DNA of 64,000 nucleotides from Candidatus Gallacutalibacter stercoravium (GCA_018716975.1 DVJE01000040.1:20426-84425), one strand, 5' to 3'; positions 20,160-29,145 are shown, counted from the first letter of the stretch. Made by a program: numbers and translations. Notes: generated by a model from the sequence alone, not told the origin.

Positions 20160-21062
20160 GTGTTTGGATATGTCAGGCCCTACAAGCCGGAACTGTTGGT
20201 AAAGGAGTATACTGCTTATCAGGCGGTGTATTGTGGTTTATGCAAACGCCTGGGCAAGTCGTTTGGCGCGTTATCTCGCTTGACGCTGAGCTATGACTGC
20301 ACCTTTTTAGCCATGCTGGCTCTTTCACGCCAAGGGGTATGCCCCGGTGTGCACCAAGGGCGGTGTGTGGTTAATCCGTTAAAAAAATGCGCCTTTTGTA
20401 CCGGCGCAGACGATGTGTTGGAATTTGCAGGCGCGTTCGGCGTTATTACCACCTACTATAAGGTAAAAGACGATATTCAGGATTCCGGCTTTTTTAAAAG
20501 CTTAGCGTTGCGCCTTGTGTTGCCGTTTGCTGCGCGCGGGCGGCGCAAAGCGGCGAAGCGGTATCCCGAGGTGGAGAGGCTTGTAGCCCGCTATATACAG
20601 CAGCAAGCGCAAGCGGAACAAGACGAAGCTACGGGGCTGGATGCAGCCGCACAGCCTACGGCGCAGATGCTTTCGGACTTAATGGTTTTGCTGGCGCACG
20701 ACGATGAAACAGCAAAGCGTGTGCTGGAACAATATGGCTATTTTATGGGCCGGTGGATTTATTTTATGGATGCGGCGGATGATATAGAAAAGGATCGTAA
20801 AACCGGCAACTTTAATCCTTTTATCCGTGCGTTTTCCAGCCCTGGTTGGGGGCAAAACGGCCAGCAGGAGGAAAACGAATACTGCAATGCCGTGCTCAAT
20901 CAAACCGCTGCCCAAGCGAACGCGGCGTTTTCTTTGCTGGAGTGGCCGCAATACGGCGGCATTTTAGGCAATGTTATGCAGCAAGGCCTAGCGGCCATGC
21001 AAAAGCAAATTTTATTTGATAAAGATCAAAGTAAGGAGAAAGAACATGTCAGATCCCTATAA
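20160..21062 (+). CDS. DUF5685-like protein: N-terminal CxxC...CxxC region plus a helical domain with two Asp-rich motifs
   Basis: Likely GTG start giving MFGYVRPYKPELLVKEYTAYQAVYCGLCK, with GAAGGA upstream. Contains CGLC and CAFC, DDIQD (20469-20483) and DDIEKD..G...NPF (20778-20795). Confidence 0.7.
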   Translation: MFGYVRPYKPELLVKEYTAYQAVYCGLCKRLGKSFGALSRLTLSYDCTFLAMLALSRQGVCPGVHQGRCVVNPLKKCAFCTGADDVLEFAGAFGVITTYYKVKDDIQDSGFFKSLALRLVLPFAARGRRKAAKRYPEVERLVARYIQQQAQAEQDEATGLDAAAQPTAQMLSDLMVLLAHDDETAKRVLEQYGYFMGRWIYFMDAADDIEKDRKTGNFNPFIRAFSSPGWGQNGQQEENEYCNAVLNQTAAQANAAFSLLEWPQYGGILGNVMQQGLAAMQKQILFDKDQSKEKEHVRSL

Positions 21063-21669
21063 GGTGTTAGGAATATCCCCGGATGCCACAGATGAACAGG
21101 TGAAGTCGGCCTATCGGGAGCTGGCTAAAAAATATCACCCGGATAATTATGCCGATAGCCCGCTGGCCGACTTGGCTGCGGAGAAGATGAAAGAGGTTAA
21201 CGAGGCTTACGATGAAATTATGGCCCAGCGCAAGCAGCGTGCCTCCGGCGGCTATAATAATTCGGGCTCCTCTTACAATGGCGGCTACCGGCGCAGTTCA
21301 AATTTTAGCGATGTGCGCCATTTGATTATGGTGGGCCGCATGGCGGATGCCGAGCAAATTTTGAACGGGGTTCCCACCGCTTCGCGAGATGGGGAATGGT
21401 ATTTTCTAAAAGGCACAGTGCTCATGCGCAAAGGGTGGTTGGAAGAGGCTTATAATCACTTTTCCACTGCCTGCAATATGGATCCGGGCAATGCGGAGTA
21501 TCGCGCCGCTCTGAACCAGGTGCAGGCGCAGCGCAGCGGCGCTTATGGTGGGTATAACACCACCCGTCAGGCAAATACGGGTTGCAATGCCTGCGATATG
21601 TGTTCTTCGCTTATCTGCGCTGACTGCTGTTGTGAATGCATGGGCGGCGATTTAATCAGCTGCTGCTAA
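21046..21669 (+). CDS. J-domain protein with a TPR-like middle region and a C-terminal cysteine string
   Basis: DPYKVLGISPDATDEQVKSAYRELAKKYHPD (HPD motif). Tail is CNACDMCSSLICADCCCECMGGDLISCC. AAGGAGA SD. Overlaps the upstream gene by 17 nt. Confidence 0.85.
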   Translation: MSDPYKVLGISPDATDEQVKSAYRELAKKYHPDNYADSPLADLAAEKMKEVNEAYDEIMAQRKQRASGGYNNSGSSYNGGYRRSSNFSDVRHLIMVGRMADAEQILNGVPTASRDGEWYFLKGTVLMRKGWLEEAYNHFSTACNMDPGNAEYRAALNQVQAQRSGAYGGYNTTRQANTGCNACDMCSSLICADCCCECMGGDLISCC

Positions 21670-21687
21670 TAGCGTGAAGGGGGCTTT

Positions 21688-22233
21688 ATGTTGAGCCAAA
21701 GTGGTAAGATTGCGTTAGGCGGCATGATAACCGCGTTGTGCTTGGTATTAATGTTTCTCACCGGTATTATTACCATCGGCACCTATGCCTTGCCGGCTAT
21801 CGCGGGGGCGTTGCTCATTGTTATGGTGGTAGAGATGGGTGCCCGTTGGGCTTGGGCTGTATATGCCGCGGTTGCGGTGCTTTCTCTTTTGTTCGCACCG
21901 GATAAAGAGGCCGCGCTGCTGTTTGTGTTGTTTTTCGGGTATTATCCCATTATAAAAGCGGTGCTTGAAAGAAGTTTTTGGAAGAATAAAGTGCTGCAAA
22001 TCATCGTGAAGCTGGCAGTGTTCAATGCGGCTATGGTGTTGTCGTTTGTATTGGCGGTATGGGTGTTGCAAATGCCGCAGGAAGCCTTCACCATATTTGG
22101 CCTGTATTTGCCGTGGGTGCTTTTGTTAATCGGCAATGTTATTTTTGTTATTTACGATTATGGGTTAACCGGTGTTGTTTCCATGTATGTTTACCGTGTG
22201 CATCCTAAGATTGAAAAAATGTGGAGAAAATAA
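21688..22233 (+). CDS. Small polytopic membrane protein (about 5 TM), unknown function
   Basis: 181-aa hydrophobic protein starting 18 nt after the J-protein stop, preceded by GAAGGGGG. Confidence 0.6.
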   Translation: MLSQSGKIALGGMITALCLVLMFLTGIITIGTYALPAIAGALLIVMVVEMGARWAWAVYAAVAVLSLLFAPDKEAALLFVLFFGYYPIIKAVLERSFWKNKVLQIIVKLAVFNAAMVLSFVLAVWVLQMPQEAFTIFGLYLPWVLLLIGNVIFVIYDYGLTGVVSMYVYRVHPKIEKMWRK

Positions 22234-22251
22234 TGAGATGCAATTGCAGAT

Positions 22252-22281
22252 CCCTGGCAGGTTTTCCCGCCAGGGGTTTTG
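22252..22281 (+). terminator. Terminator of the three-gene module
   Basis: CCCTGGC...GCCAGGG hairpin followed by GTTTTG. Confidence 0.6.
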
Positions 22282-22529
22282 TATGTAATGTGTTTTGTGA
22301 GAAATGATGTTAAAGAACCGGCTTCTTGCAAAAAATAGAGCTTTAAGGCGTTGACGTGCGCATATCCCCTTGATTTTTGAAGGATTAAGGCTTAATATGA
22401 ATAACAGCATAAAGTGATACGCCGCATTTTGCGGCTTTATTCCAAATATTAACTAGATTTGTGCAAATAGAGATAGGGCGCCGCTTACTGTGCTGATGCA
22501 GGTATGGCGGGAAGGCGAGGCGTTTTGGT

Positions 22530-23411
22530 ATGGCAAAGCATTTATTGGCAAAAATGGAAGAAATGGCCCCCTCTTTTTCAAAGGGGCAGCGCTTAATAGC
22601 GGCATATATTCAGCAGCATTATGATAAGGCGGCTTTTATGACGGCGTCCCGTTTAGGCGCTACCGTGGGCGTTAGCGAATCCACCGTGGTGCGGTTTGCC
22701 ACCGAGATCGGGTATGAGGGGTATCCGCAGCTGCAAAAAGCCATGCAAGAGATGATACGCAGCAGGTTAACCTCTGTGCAGCGTATGGAGGTGACCAGCG
22801 CCCGGATCGGGGATGCCGATGTGCTAGACAGCGTGCTGAATCAGGATATTGAAAAGATCCGCCGCACCTTAGAAGAAACCTCTCATGAGGATTTTTATCA
22901 TGCGGTGGATGTAATTGCCGAAGCGCGAAAGATTTATATTTTAGCTGCGCGCAGTTCGGCGGCGTTGGGCAGCTTTTTGAATTTTTACTTTAGCTTAATG
23001 TTTGAAAATGTAAAGCTGGTTACCACCGGCAGCGAAACAGAAATGTATGAGCAAATGCTGCGTGTGGATCAGCGCGATGTGGTGCTGGGGATTAGTTTTC
23101 CGCGTTATTCCCGCAAGGCTGTGCGCGCCATGGAATTTGCCGGCGCTCGGGGGGCTACGGTTGTTGCACTAACCGATAGCATGGTGTCGCCGTTGGTGCA
23201 GCCCGCCCGCTACGTTTTGCTGGCCCGCAGCGATATGGCTTCGGTGGTGGATAGCTTAGTGGCGCCTTTGAGCCTGATAAACGCCCTGATTGTGGCCACG
23301 GCGCTGAAGAAAAAAGACGAGGTTTCCGACACTTTTCGGCATTTGGAAAAGATTTGGGATGAAAACCAGGTGTATGAAAAGGTGGAGGATACAGAGGAGA
23401 ATCAAACTTGA
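22530..23411 (+). CDS. MurR/RpiR family transcriptional regulator (HTH + SIS)
   Basis: FSKGQRLIAAYIQQHYDKAAFMTASRLGATVGVSESTVVRFA HTH_6 region with a SIS-like C-terminal half. Confidence 0.8.
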   Translation: MAKHLLAKMEEMAPSFSKGQRLIAAYIQQHYDKAAFMTASRLGATVGVSESTVVRFATEIGYEGYPQLQKAMQEMIRSRLTSVQRMEVTSARIGDADVLDSVLNQDIEKIRRTLEETSHEDFYHAVDVIAEARKIYILAARSSAALGSFLNFYFSLMFENVKLVTTGSETEMYEQMLRVDQRDVVLGISFPRYSRKAVRAMEFAGARGATVVALTDSMVSPLVQPARYVLLARSDMASVVDSLVAPLSLINALIVATALKKKDEVSDTFRHLEKIWDENQVYEKVEDTEENQT

Positions 23412-24658
23412 ATCATCGCAAACGGGTATTAATCATAGGAGGCGGACCGGCGGGCATGATGGCGGCCGGCGCTGCCGCCGAAGCAGGGGCCGACGTAACG
23501 CTGCTAGAAAAAAATGATCGCTTGGGAAAAAAGTTGCGCATAACCGGTAAGGGCAGGTGCAATGTTACCAATGCCTGCGGCGTGCAGGAGCTGATTGCCA
23601 ACGTGCCCGCCAACGGGCGGTTTTTATTCGGCGCGGTCAGCCGTTTTACTCCGTGGGATCTTATGTCTTTTTTTGAAGAAAGAGGCCTTGCCCTCAAAAC
23701 TGAACGGGGCGACAGGGTTTTTCCCTGCTCTGATAAAGCGGGGGATGTGGTTCAGTGCCTACAGGGATATGTGGAGGGGACCGGCTGCTGCTTGGCGTGG
23801 GGTGCGGCCGATAAACTGCTGCTGGAAGAAGGCGCGGTAAAGGGCGTGCAGTTGCGTTCGGGAAGATGTATAGAGGCCGACGCAGTTGTAGTGGCCTGCG
23901 GGGGAATGTCGTATCCGCTTACCGGATCCACCGGCGACGGCTACCGCTTGGCCCGCCAGGCGGGGCACCGTGTGGTGCCGCCGGTGCCGTCGTTGGTTCC
24001 GCTCACGGCTGCCGAGGATTGGTGTCGTGATTTGCAGGGCCTATCGCTGCGCAATGTGTCGCTGTGGGCAGAGGATGTAACAACGGGGAAAACCGTATAC
24101 AAAGATTTTGGAGAGCTGTTGTTTACCCATTTTGGTCTGTCAGGGCCGCTTGTTTTAAGCGCCAGCGCTCACATGCGCCCAATGCAGGCGGGCCGTTACC
24201 GAGTTCACATCAATTTAAAGCCGGCCTTGTCTGAGCAGCAGCTGGATCTGCGCTTGCAGCGGGATTTTACCACCAACCGCAACAGGGATTTTATCAATTC
24301 TTTGGGCGCGCTGCTGCCCCGCAAGCTCATCCCAGTGGCCGTTCGGCTGTCGGAGATAGAGGGCAATCTCAAGTGCAACCAAATAACTCGGGAGCAAAGG
24401 CAGGCGTTTGCGAGGCTTTTGCAGGACTTGACGTTGACCGTTCAGGGCTTTCGCCCGATAGAAGAGGCGATTGTAACGGCCGGCGGCGTGGCGGTAGACG
24501 AAGTAAACCCCGCAACAATGGGGTCAAAGCTGGTGAGCGGGCTTTATTTTGCCGGCGAAGTGTTGGATGTGGACGCTTACACGGGCGGCTTTAATTTACA
24601 AATAGCCTTTTCTACCGGCCGCTTGGCCGGTCAAGCGGCTGCCAAAACAGCGGGATGA
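23408..24658 (+). CDS. BaiN/RdsA (HI0933-like) NAD(P)/FAD-dependent oxidoreductase
   Basis: VLIIGGGPAGMMAAGAAAEAGADVTLLEKN dinucleotide fold and C-terminal GLYFAGEVLDVDAYTGGFNLQIAFSTG. TTG start overlaps the rpiR stop. Confidence 0.8.
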   Translation: MNHRKRVLIIGGGPAGMMAAGAAAEAGADVTLLEKNDRLGKKLRITGKGRCNVTNACGVQELIANVPANGRFLFGAVSRFTPWDLMSFFEERGLALKTERGDRVFPCSDKAGDVVQCLQGYVEGTGCCLAWGAADKLLLEEGAVKGVQLRSGRCIEADAVVVACGGMSYPLTGSTGDGYRLARQAGHRVVPPVPSLVPLTAAEDWCRDLQGLSLRNVSLWAEDVTTGKTVYKDFGELLFTHFGLSGPLVLSASAHMRPMQAGRYRVHINLKPALSEQQLDLRLQRDFTTNRNRDFINSLGALLPRKLIPVAVRLSEIEGNLKCNQITREQRQAFARLLQDLTLTVQGFRPIEEAIVTAGGVAVDEVNPATMGSKLVSGLYFAGEVLDVDAYTGGFNLQIAFSTGRLAGQAAAKTAG

Positions 24659-24730
24659 AGGCTGCGCAGCGGTGTAAAATGTAGAATAATTTGCCGGGCG
24701 TTCAAAGCCCGGATGACAGGAGGAATCGCG

Positions 24731-25417
24731 ATGATAGCGGTGGCAGTGGATGGGCCGGCAGGCGCCGGAAAAAGCACAGTAGCCCGTGCGGCGGCAAAAG
24801 AATTGGGTTTTGTTTATGTGGATACGGGAGCATTGTACCGCGCCATTGGGCTGCATGTCTTGCGCCGCGGGATCGATCCGGCCAGTGCGGAACAGGTGGT
24901 TTCGCAGCTTTCGGGCATTCAGCTTTCTCTCGCCTTTTGCCAAGGAGAGCAGCAGGTGTTGCTGTGTGGAGAAGATGTGTCGGGCGGTATTCGCACGCCA
25001 GAGGTTTCTATGGCAGCGTCAAAGGTGTCTGCCATCCCTCAGGTACGGGCATTTTTGTTTGATTTGCAAAGGGACCTGGCGCGCACCCAATCGGTAATTA
25101 TGGATGGCAGGGATATCGGCACGGTGGTGCTGCCCAACGCCCAAGTGAAAGTGTTTTTAACAGCATCAGACCAGGTACGCGCCCGCAGGCGTTTTGACGA
25201 GCTGCGGCAAAAAGGGGAAACAGTGGAATATGAGCAGGTTTTAAAGGACATACAACAGCGGGACTATCAGGATTCCCACCGTGAGATAGCGCCTCTGGTG
25301 CCTGCGCCCGACGCGGTTTTGTTGGATACTTCTAACGACACGCCGCAGCAGGCGGTGGATCGTTTGGTTGCCCTAGTGCGTGAGAAAATGCGCCGATTGG
25401 AGGAAGAAGCACAATGA
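24731..25417 (+). CDS. cmk: Cytidylate kinase
   Basis: IAVDGPAGAGKSTVARAAAKELGFVYVDTGALYRA. AGGAGG lies 7 nt before the ATG at 24731. Confidence 0.93.
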   Translation: MIAVAVDGPAGAGKSTVARAAAKELGFVYVDTGALYRAIGLHVLRRGIDPASAEQVVSQLSGIQLSLAFCQGEQQVLLCGEDVSGGIRTPEVSMAASKVSAIPQVRAFLFDLQRDLARTQSVIMDGRDIGTVVLPNAQVKVFLTASDQVRARRRFDELRQKGETVEYEQVLKDIQQRDYQDSHREIAPLVPAPDAVLLDTSNDTPQQAVDRLVALVREKMRRLEEEAQ

Positions 25418-26034
25418 AAGAAGGGCGCCTTTACCGGTTTGGCCGGGCTTTGCTTATCCCAATTTTTAAACTGCTGTTCCCTTATACCGTGCGCAATAAA
25501 AACAGCATCCCTTCTGAGGGGGCATATATTGTGTGCTGCAACCATATTTCGCTGAAGGATCCTGTCTTTTTGGCCTTGGGTCAAAGGCGGCAGATGTTTT
25601 ATATGGCGAAGGAAGAATTGTTCCATAACAAGTTTTTGGCCTGCCTTATCCGGGCGTTGGGGGCTTTCTCCGTCAGTCGTGGAACAGGCGATACCCATGC
25701 CATCAACACGGCAGAGCATCTGTTGGGCCAAGGCAAGGTGTTGGGGATATTCATAGAAGGCACCCGCTCCCGCACGGGCGAGCTGCTTCGCCCGAAGTCT
25801 GGCGCGGCAATGCTGGCCTATAAAACAGGAACCCCCGTGATTCCTGCCAGCATAACTCCAGTTAAAACGCCGTTCCCCAAATTGTTTCACCGGCTGGTTG
25901 TCTCCTATGGAGAACCGTTGTCTGTGCAGGATCTGGGGCTACTTACCGGCAGCGGAACCGAGTTCCGTGAAGCCAGCCGCATGATTATGGATAAAATCAG
26001 CCAACTGCGGGAAAGAGATAAGCAGCAGCTGTAA
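25414..26034 (+). CDS. plsC: 1-acyl-sn-glycerol-3-phosphate acyltransferase
   Basis: HX4D motif CCNHISLKDP plus FIEGTRS. ATGA overlap with cmk. Confidence 0.85.
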   Translation: MKEGRLYRFGRALLIPIFKLLFPYTVRNKNSIPSEGAYIVCCNHISLKDPVFLALGQRRQMFYMAKEELFHNKFLACLIRALGAFSVSRGTGDTHAINTAEHLLGQGKVLGIFIEGTRSRTGELLRPKSGAAMLAYKTGTPVIPASITPVKTPFPKLFHRLVVSYGEPLSVQDLGLLTGSGTEFREASRMIMDKISQLRERDKQQL

Positions 26035-26089
26035 GCGTTTGTTTGATATGACGGCGCGCACTTGAACAGCTGATGGAAGGAGGGCGCCT

Positions 26090-26683
26090 TTGTATCGCTT
26101 TTTGGTGGCATTGTTATGCCCGATTGCCCGCCTGCTGTTTCGCATTCGGATAGAAGGCGTAGAGAATATTCCCCGCAAAGGCGGCGTGCTGCTGTGCAGC
26201 AACCATAAATCAGTGTTGGATCCCTATTTGTTGATGATGAAATGCCCCAGGCGCGTGCGCTTTATGGCAAAGGACGAGCTCTTTACCCAGCACGGTGCCT
26301 TGGCCGGCTGGTTTTTGCGAAAAATGGGCGCCTTTTCTGTGCATCGGGGCGAGGCGGATCTGCATGCGCTGAAAACAGCTGTGGGCCTTTTGCAGCAAGG
26401 GGAACTGGTGGGCATTTTCCCACAAGGCGGCTGTGTGCGGGATAAGGATATATCCTTTACGCCCAAGGCGGGAGCCGCGTTGGTGGCGGATAAGGCGGGG
26501 GTTGCCGTGCTGCCGGCCTGCATTTATTCGCAAGGCCCCATCCGCCTGTTTTCTAAAATTGTAGTGCGCTATGGCGCGCCGGTTAGCGCAAAGAGGTTTC
26601 AGGCGGCGGGCGGCTACCGGGCCGGCGCCCGGCTATTGGCAGGCGAGATAACACATTTGTTGCAACAGGAGTATAGGGAATAA
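26090..26683 (+). CDS. Second lysophospholipid acyltransferase (PlsC family paralog)
   Basis: CSNHKSVLDP (HX4D) and IFPQGG. TTG start preceded by GGAGGG. Confidence 0.8.
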   Translation: MYRFLVALLCPIARLLFRIRIEGVENIPRKGGVLLCSNHKSVLDPYLLMMKCPRRVRFMAKDELFTQHGALAGWFLRKMGAFSVHRGEADLHALKTAVGLLQQGELVGIFPQGGCVRDKDISFTPKAGAALVADKAGVAVLPACIYSQGPIRLFSKIVVRYGAPVSAKRFQAAGGYRAGARLLAGEITHLLQQEYRE

Positions 26684-26717
26684 CCGCTTTGAAAAGGGCG
26701 CAGAAAGGTGAGATACG

Positions 26718-28745
26718 ATGCCGACGATAACTGTGGCGAAAACAGCTGGCTTCTGCTTTGGCGTTGACCGGGCGGTTCGCTTGGTAGAGGAATTGCTGGA
26801 TAAAGGAGAAAAGGTAAGCACCTTGGGGCCTATCATTCACAATCCGCAGATGGTGGATTATTTGGCGGGCCGTGGTGTGCGCATCGCTCACGGACCGCAG
26901 GACGCCGCGAAAGACGGCGTGTTGGTTATCCGTTCTCATGGTGTTGCACAAGAAATGCTGGATAGCCTTACCGCTGCCGGAATAAAGTATCAGGATGCCA
27001 CTTGCCCGTTTGTAGCCAAAATTCACCACCTAGTAAAAAAAGCTGGTGAAGAAGGGCGCTGTGTGTTGATAGCGGGGAATCCGGATCACCCCGAAGTGCA
27101 GGGAATACGTGGCCATTGCGGCGGAGCGTGCTATATTTTTTCTAATGCAGAACAACTAGAAATATTGACAAAAAAACACAATAATCTGAAAAATATGCCG
27201 GTTTGTGTCGTTGCACAGACCACTTTTAGCGTATCTGAATGGGAAAATTGTTTGAAAATAGTAAAAAGGGTATATACAAATGCCGCCGTTTTTGATACAA
27301 TATGTAATGCTACGTCAGAACGTCAGGCGGAAGCGGTTGGGTTAGCGCAGAGATCCGATCTTATGATTGTGATTGGTGGCCGCCAAAGTTCCAATACGGC
27401 TAAATTGCGTGATGTTTGTTTACCCTTCTGTCCAACCTATCTGATTGAATCAGCAAGTGAACTTCCGGTGCAGGCCATACGACGCGCGGCCAACATTGGG
27501 GTTACGGCGGGCGCTTCAACACCTGCCAGCATTATAAAGGAGGTACTAGATACCATGTCGGAAATTCTAGACAACAAAGAAACACAGGAGATCAAGGATG
27601 ATGGCTCCGAAATGAATTTTGAGGAGATGTTGGAAGAATCCCTCAAAAATTTTAATACAGATGAAAAGGTGCATGGCGTTGTTGTAGGCGTCGCTCCCAA
27701 CGAGATTTATGTAGATGTTGGCCGTAAGCAGGCCGGTTTTGTGCCTTTAAATGAGCTAACCGCCGATCCCACAGCCAAGGCTGAGGATCTGGTTAAGGTT
27801 GGCGATGAGTTGGATTTGCTCATTATGCGCACCAATGATCAAGAAGGCACCATTATGCTGTCGAAAAGACGCCTTGACGCTATCAAGGGCTGGGAGCAGA
27901 TCGTTGAGGCCAATGAGAACGACACAGTGGTTACCGGCGTAGTAACCGAAGTGATTAAGGGCGGCGTTATTGCCGTGGCCAACGGTGTGCGTGTGTTTAT
28001 TCCCGCCTCTCAGGCGACGGCTTCTCGCGGCGAGCCTTTAGAGGATTTGCTGAAAAAAGAAGTGCAGTTTAAGATCATTGAGGTTAACCGTGGCCGTAGG
28101 CGTGCGGTTGGTTCCATTCGCGCCGTATTGCGCGAAGAGAGAAAGAAACTGGCCGAAAAATTCTGGGAAACTGCCGAAATCGGCAAAACCTATACCGGCA
28201 CGGTTAAATCCCTTACCTCTTACGGCGCCTTTGTGGATTTGGGCGGTATTGACGGCATGATCCACATTTCTGAGCTTTCTTGGAGCAGGATTAAGCATCC
28301 CTCTGAGGTAGTGAATGTTGGCGATACGGTTGAGGTGTACATTAAGGATCTGGATCCTGAAAAGGGTAAGATCTCTTTGGGGTATAAGAAGACCGAAGAT
28401 AATCCGTGGGAAATCCTGAAGAGGGATTATCCGATTGGCAGCGTGGTAGAAGCCCAGATTGTGGGCATGACCACTTTCGGCGCCTTTGCCCGTATTATCC
28501 CCGGTATCGATGGGTTGATTCACATTTCGCAAATCGCCGATCACCGCATTGAAAAGCCCCAAGATGTGTTGTCGGTTGGCCAAACCGTAAAGGTTGCCAT
28601 TACCGATGTTGATTTTGAAAGAAAGCGCGTAAGCCTCTCTATCCGCAAGGTGTTGGAGGACGAAGCGGCCCAGCAGGCTGAAGAGGCCAGCCAGCAGCCC
28701 GACGAAGTGGTTGCCACAGCCGAAGCGCAGGAGCCTCAAGAGTAA
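26718..28745 (+). CDS. ispH: Fusion protein: 4-hydroxy-3-methylbut-2-enyl diphosphate reductase (IspH) plus ribosomal protein S1 repeats
   Basis: N-terminus ITVAKTAGFCFGVDRAV...CPFV...NTAKL is IspH. The C-terminal part has four S1 motifs (e.g. GTVKSLTSYGAFVDLGGIDGMIHISEL). Confidence 0.9.
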   Translation: MPTITVAKTAGFCFGVDRAVRLVEELLDKGEKVSTLGPIIHNPQMVDYLAGRGVRIAHGPQDAAKDGVLVIRSHGVAQEMLDSLTAAGIKYQDATCPFVAKIHHLVKKAGEEGRCVLIAGNPDHPEVQGIRGHCGGACYIFSNAEQLEILTKKHNNLKNMPVCVVAQTTFSVSEWENCLKIVKRVYTNAAVFDTICNATSERQAEAVGLAQRSDLMIVIGGRQSSNTAKLRDVCLPFCPTYLIESASELPVQAIRRAANIGVTAGASTPASIIKEVLDTMSEILDNKETQEIKDDGSEMNFEEMLEESLKNFNTDEKVHGVVVGVAPNEIYVDVGRKQAGFVPLNELTADPTAKAEDLVKVGDELDLLIMRTNDQEGTIMLSKRRLDAIKGWEQIVEANENDTVVTGVVTEVIKGGVIAVANGVRVFIPASQATASRGEPLEDLLKKEVQFKIIEVNRGRRRAVGSIRAVLREERKKLAEKFWETAEIGKTYTGTVKSLTSYGAFVDLGGIDGMIHISELSWSRIKHPSEVVNVGDTVEVYIKDLDPEKGKISLGYKKTEDNPWEILKRDYPIGSVVEAQIVGMTTFGAFARIIPGIDGLIHISQIADHRIEKPQDVLSVGQTVKVAITDVDFERKRVSLSIRKVLEDEAAQQAEEASQQPDEVVATAEAQEPQE

Positions 28746-28761
28746 TTTTTGGGTGATAGTG

Positions 28762-28800
28762 AAAGCACGGGATCCTATTTCGGATCTCGTGCTTTTTGTT
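28762..28800 (+). terminator. Terminator after ispH-rpsA
   Basis: AGCACGGGATCC...GGATCTCGTGCT hairpin followed by TTTTTG. Confidence 0.75.
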
Positions 28801-28841
28801 TATGGGCGCTATGTAAAAAGACAATGCTCAGTTTGCTGATG

Positions 28842-28880
28842 GCCGCCGCCCGTTGCTATGGGCGGCGGTAAATTTTTTTC
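28842..28880 (+). terminator. Second tandem hairpin with a T-tract
   Basis: CCGCCGCCC...GGGCGGCGG hairpin followed by TAAATTTTTTT. Confidence 0.55.
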
Positions 28881-29145
28881 AAGGCGTAAAGCGCTAGATT
28901 ACCCCACAGGATTTTGTGTTATTGGGGTGATAGTGTTAAAAGAAGAAAATGCCCGCTGGCAAAGGAGCAACAGGGCAGTCACGCCGGTTGGCAGTAGCCG
29001 ATACTATGGGGTAGGAGGCTGCTGTTTCGCACATTGATACAATTTTTTCTTGCAGGTAAGTTTTGATGATTAAACGGGCCTCCGCGCGGCAAATATATAA
29101 CTGGGTAATCCAACGCCCAATAAAAATATGCGGAGCGTGAAAACA

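Noticed and set aside
28038-28739. 233-aa minus-strand ORF
   Set aside because: It is antisense to the S1-repeat part of ispH-rpsA.
29067-29140. 24-codon ORF ([24 protein letters not shown]) as a possible MazE
   Set aside because: It has no SD and is far shorter than any RHH or AbrB-type antitoxin, with no similarity to EndoAI as I remember it. It is kept only as a remark within the orphan-MazF finding.
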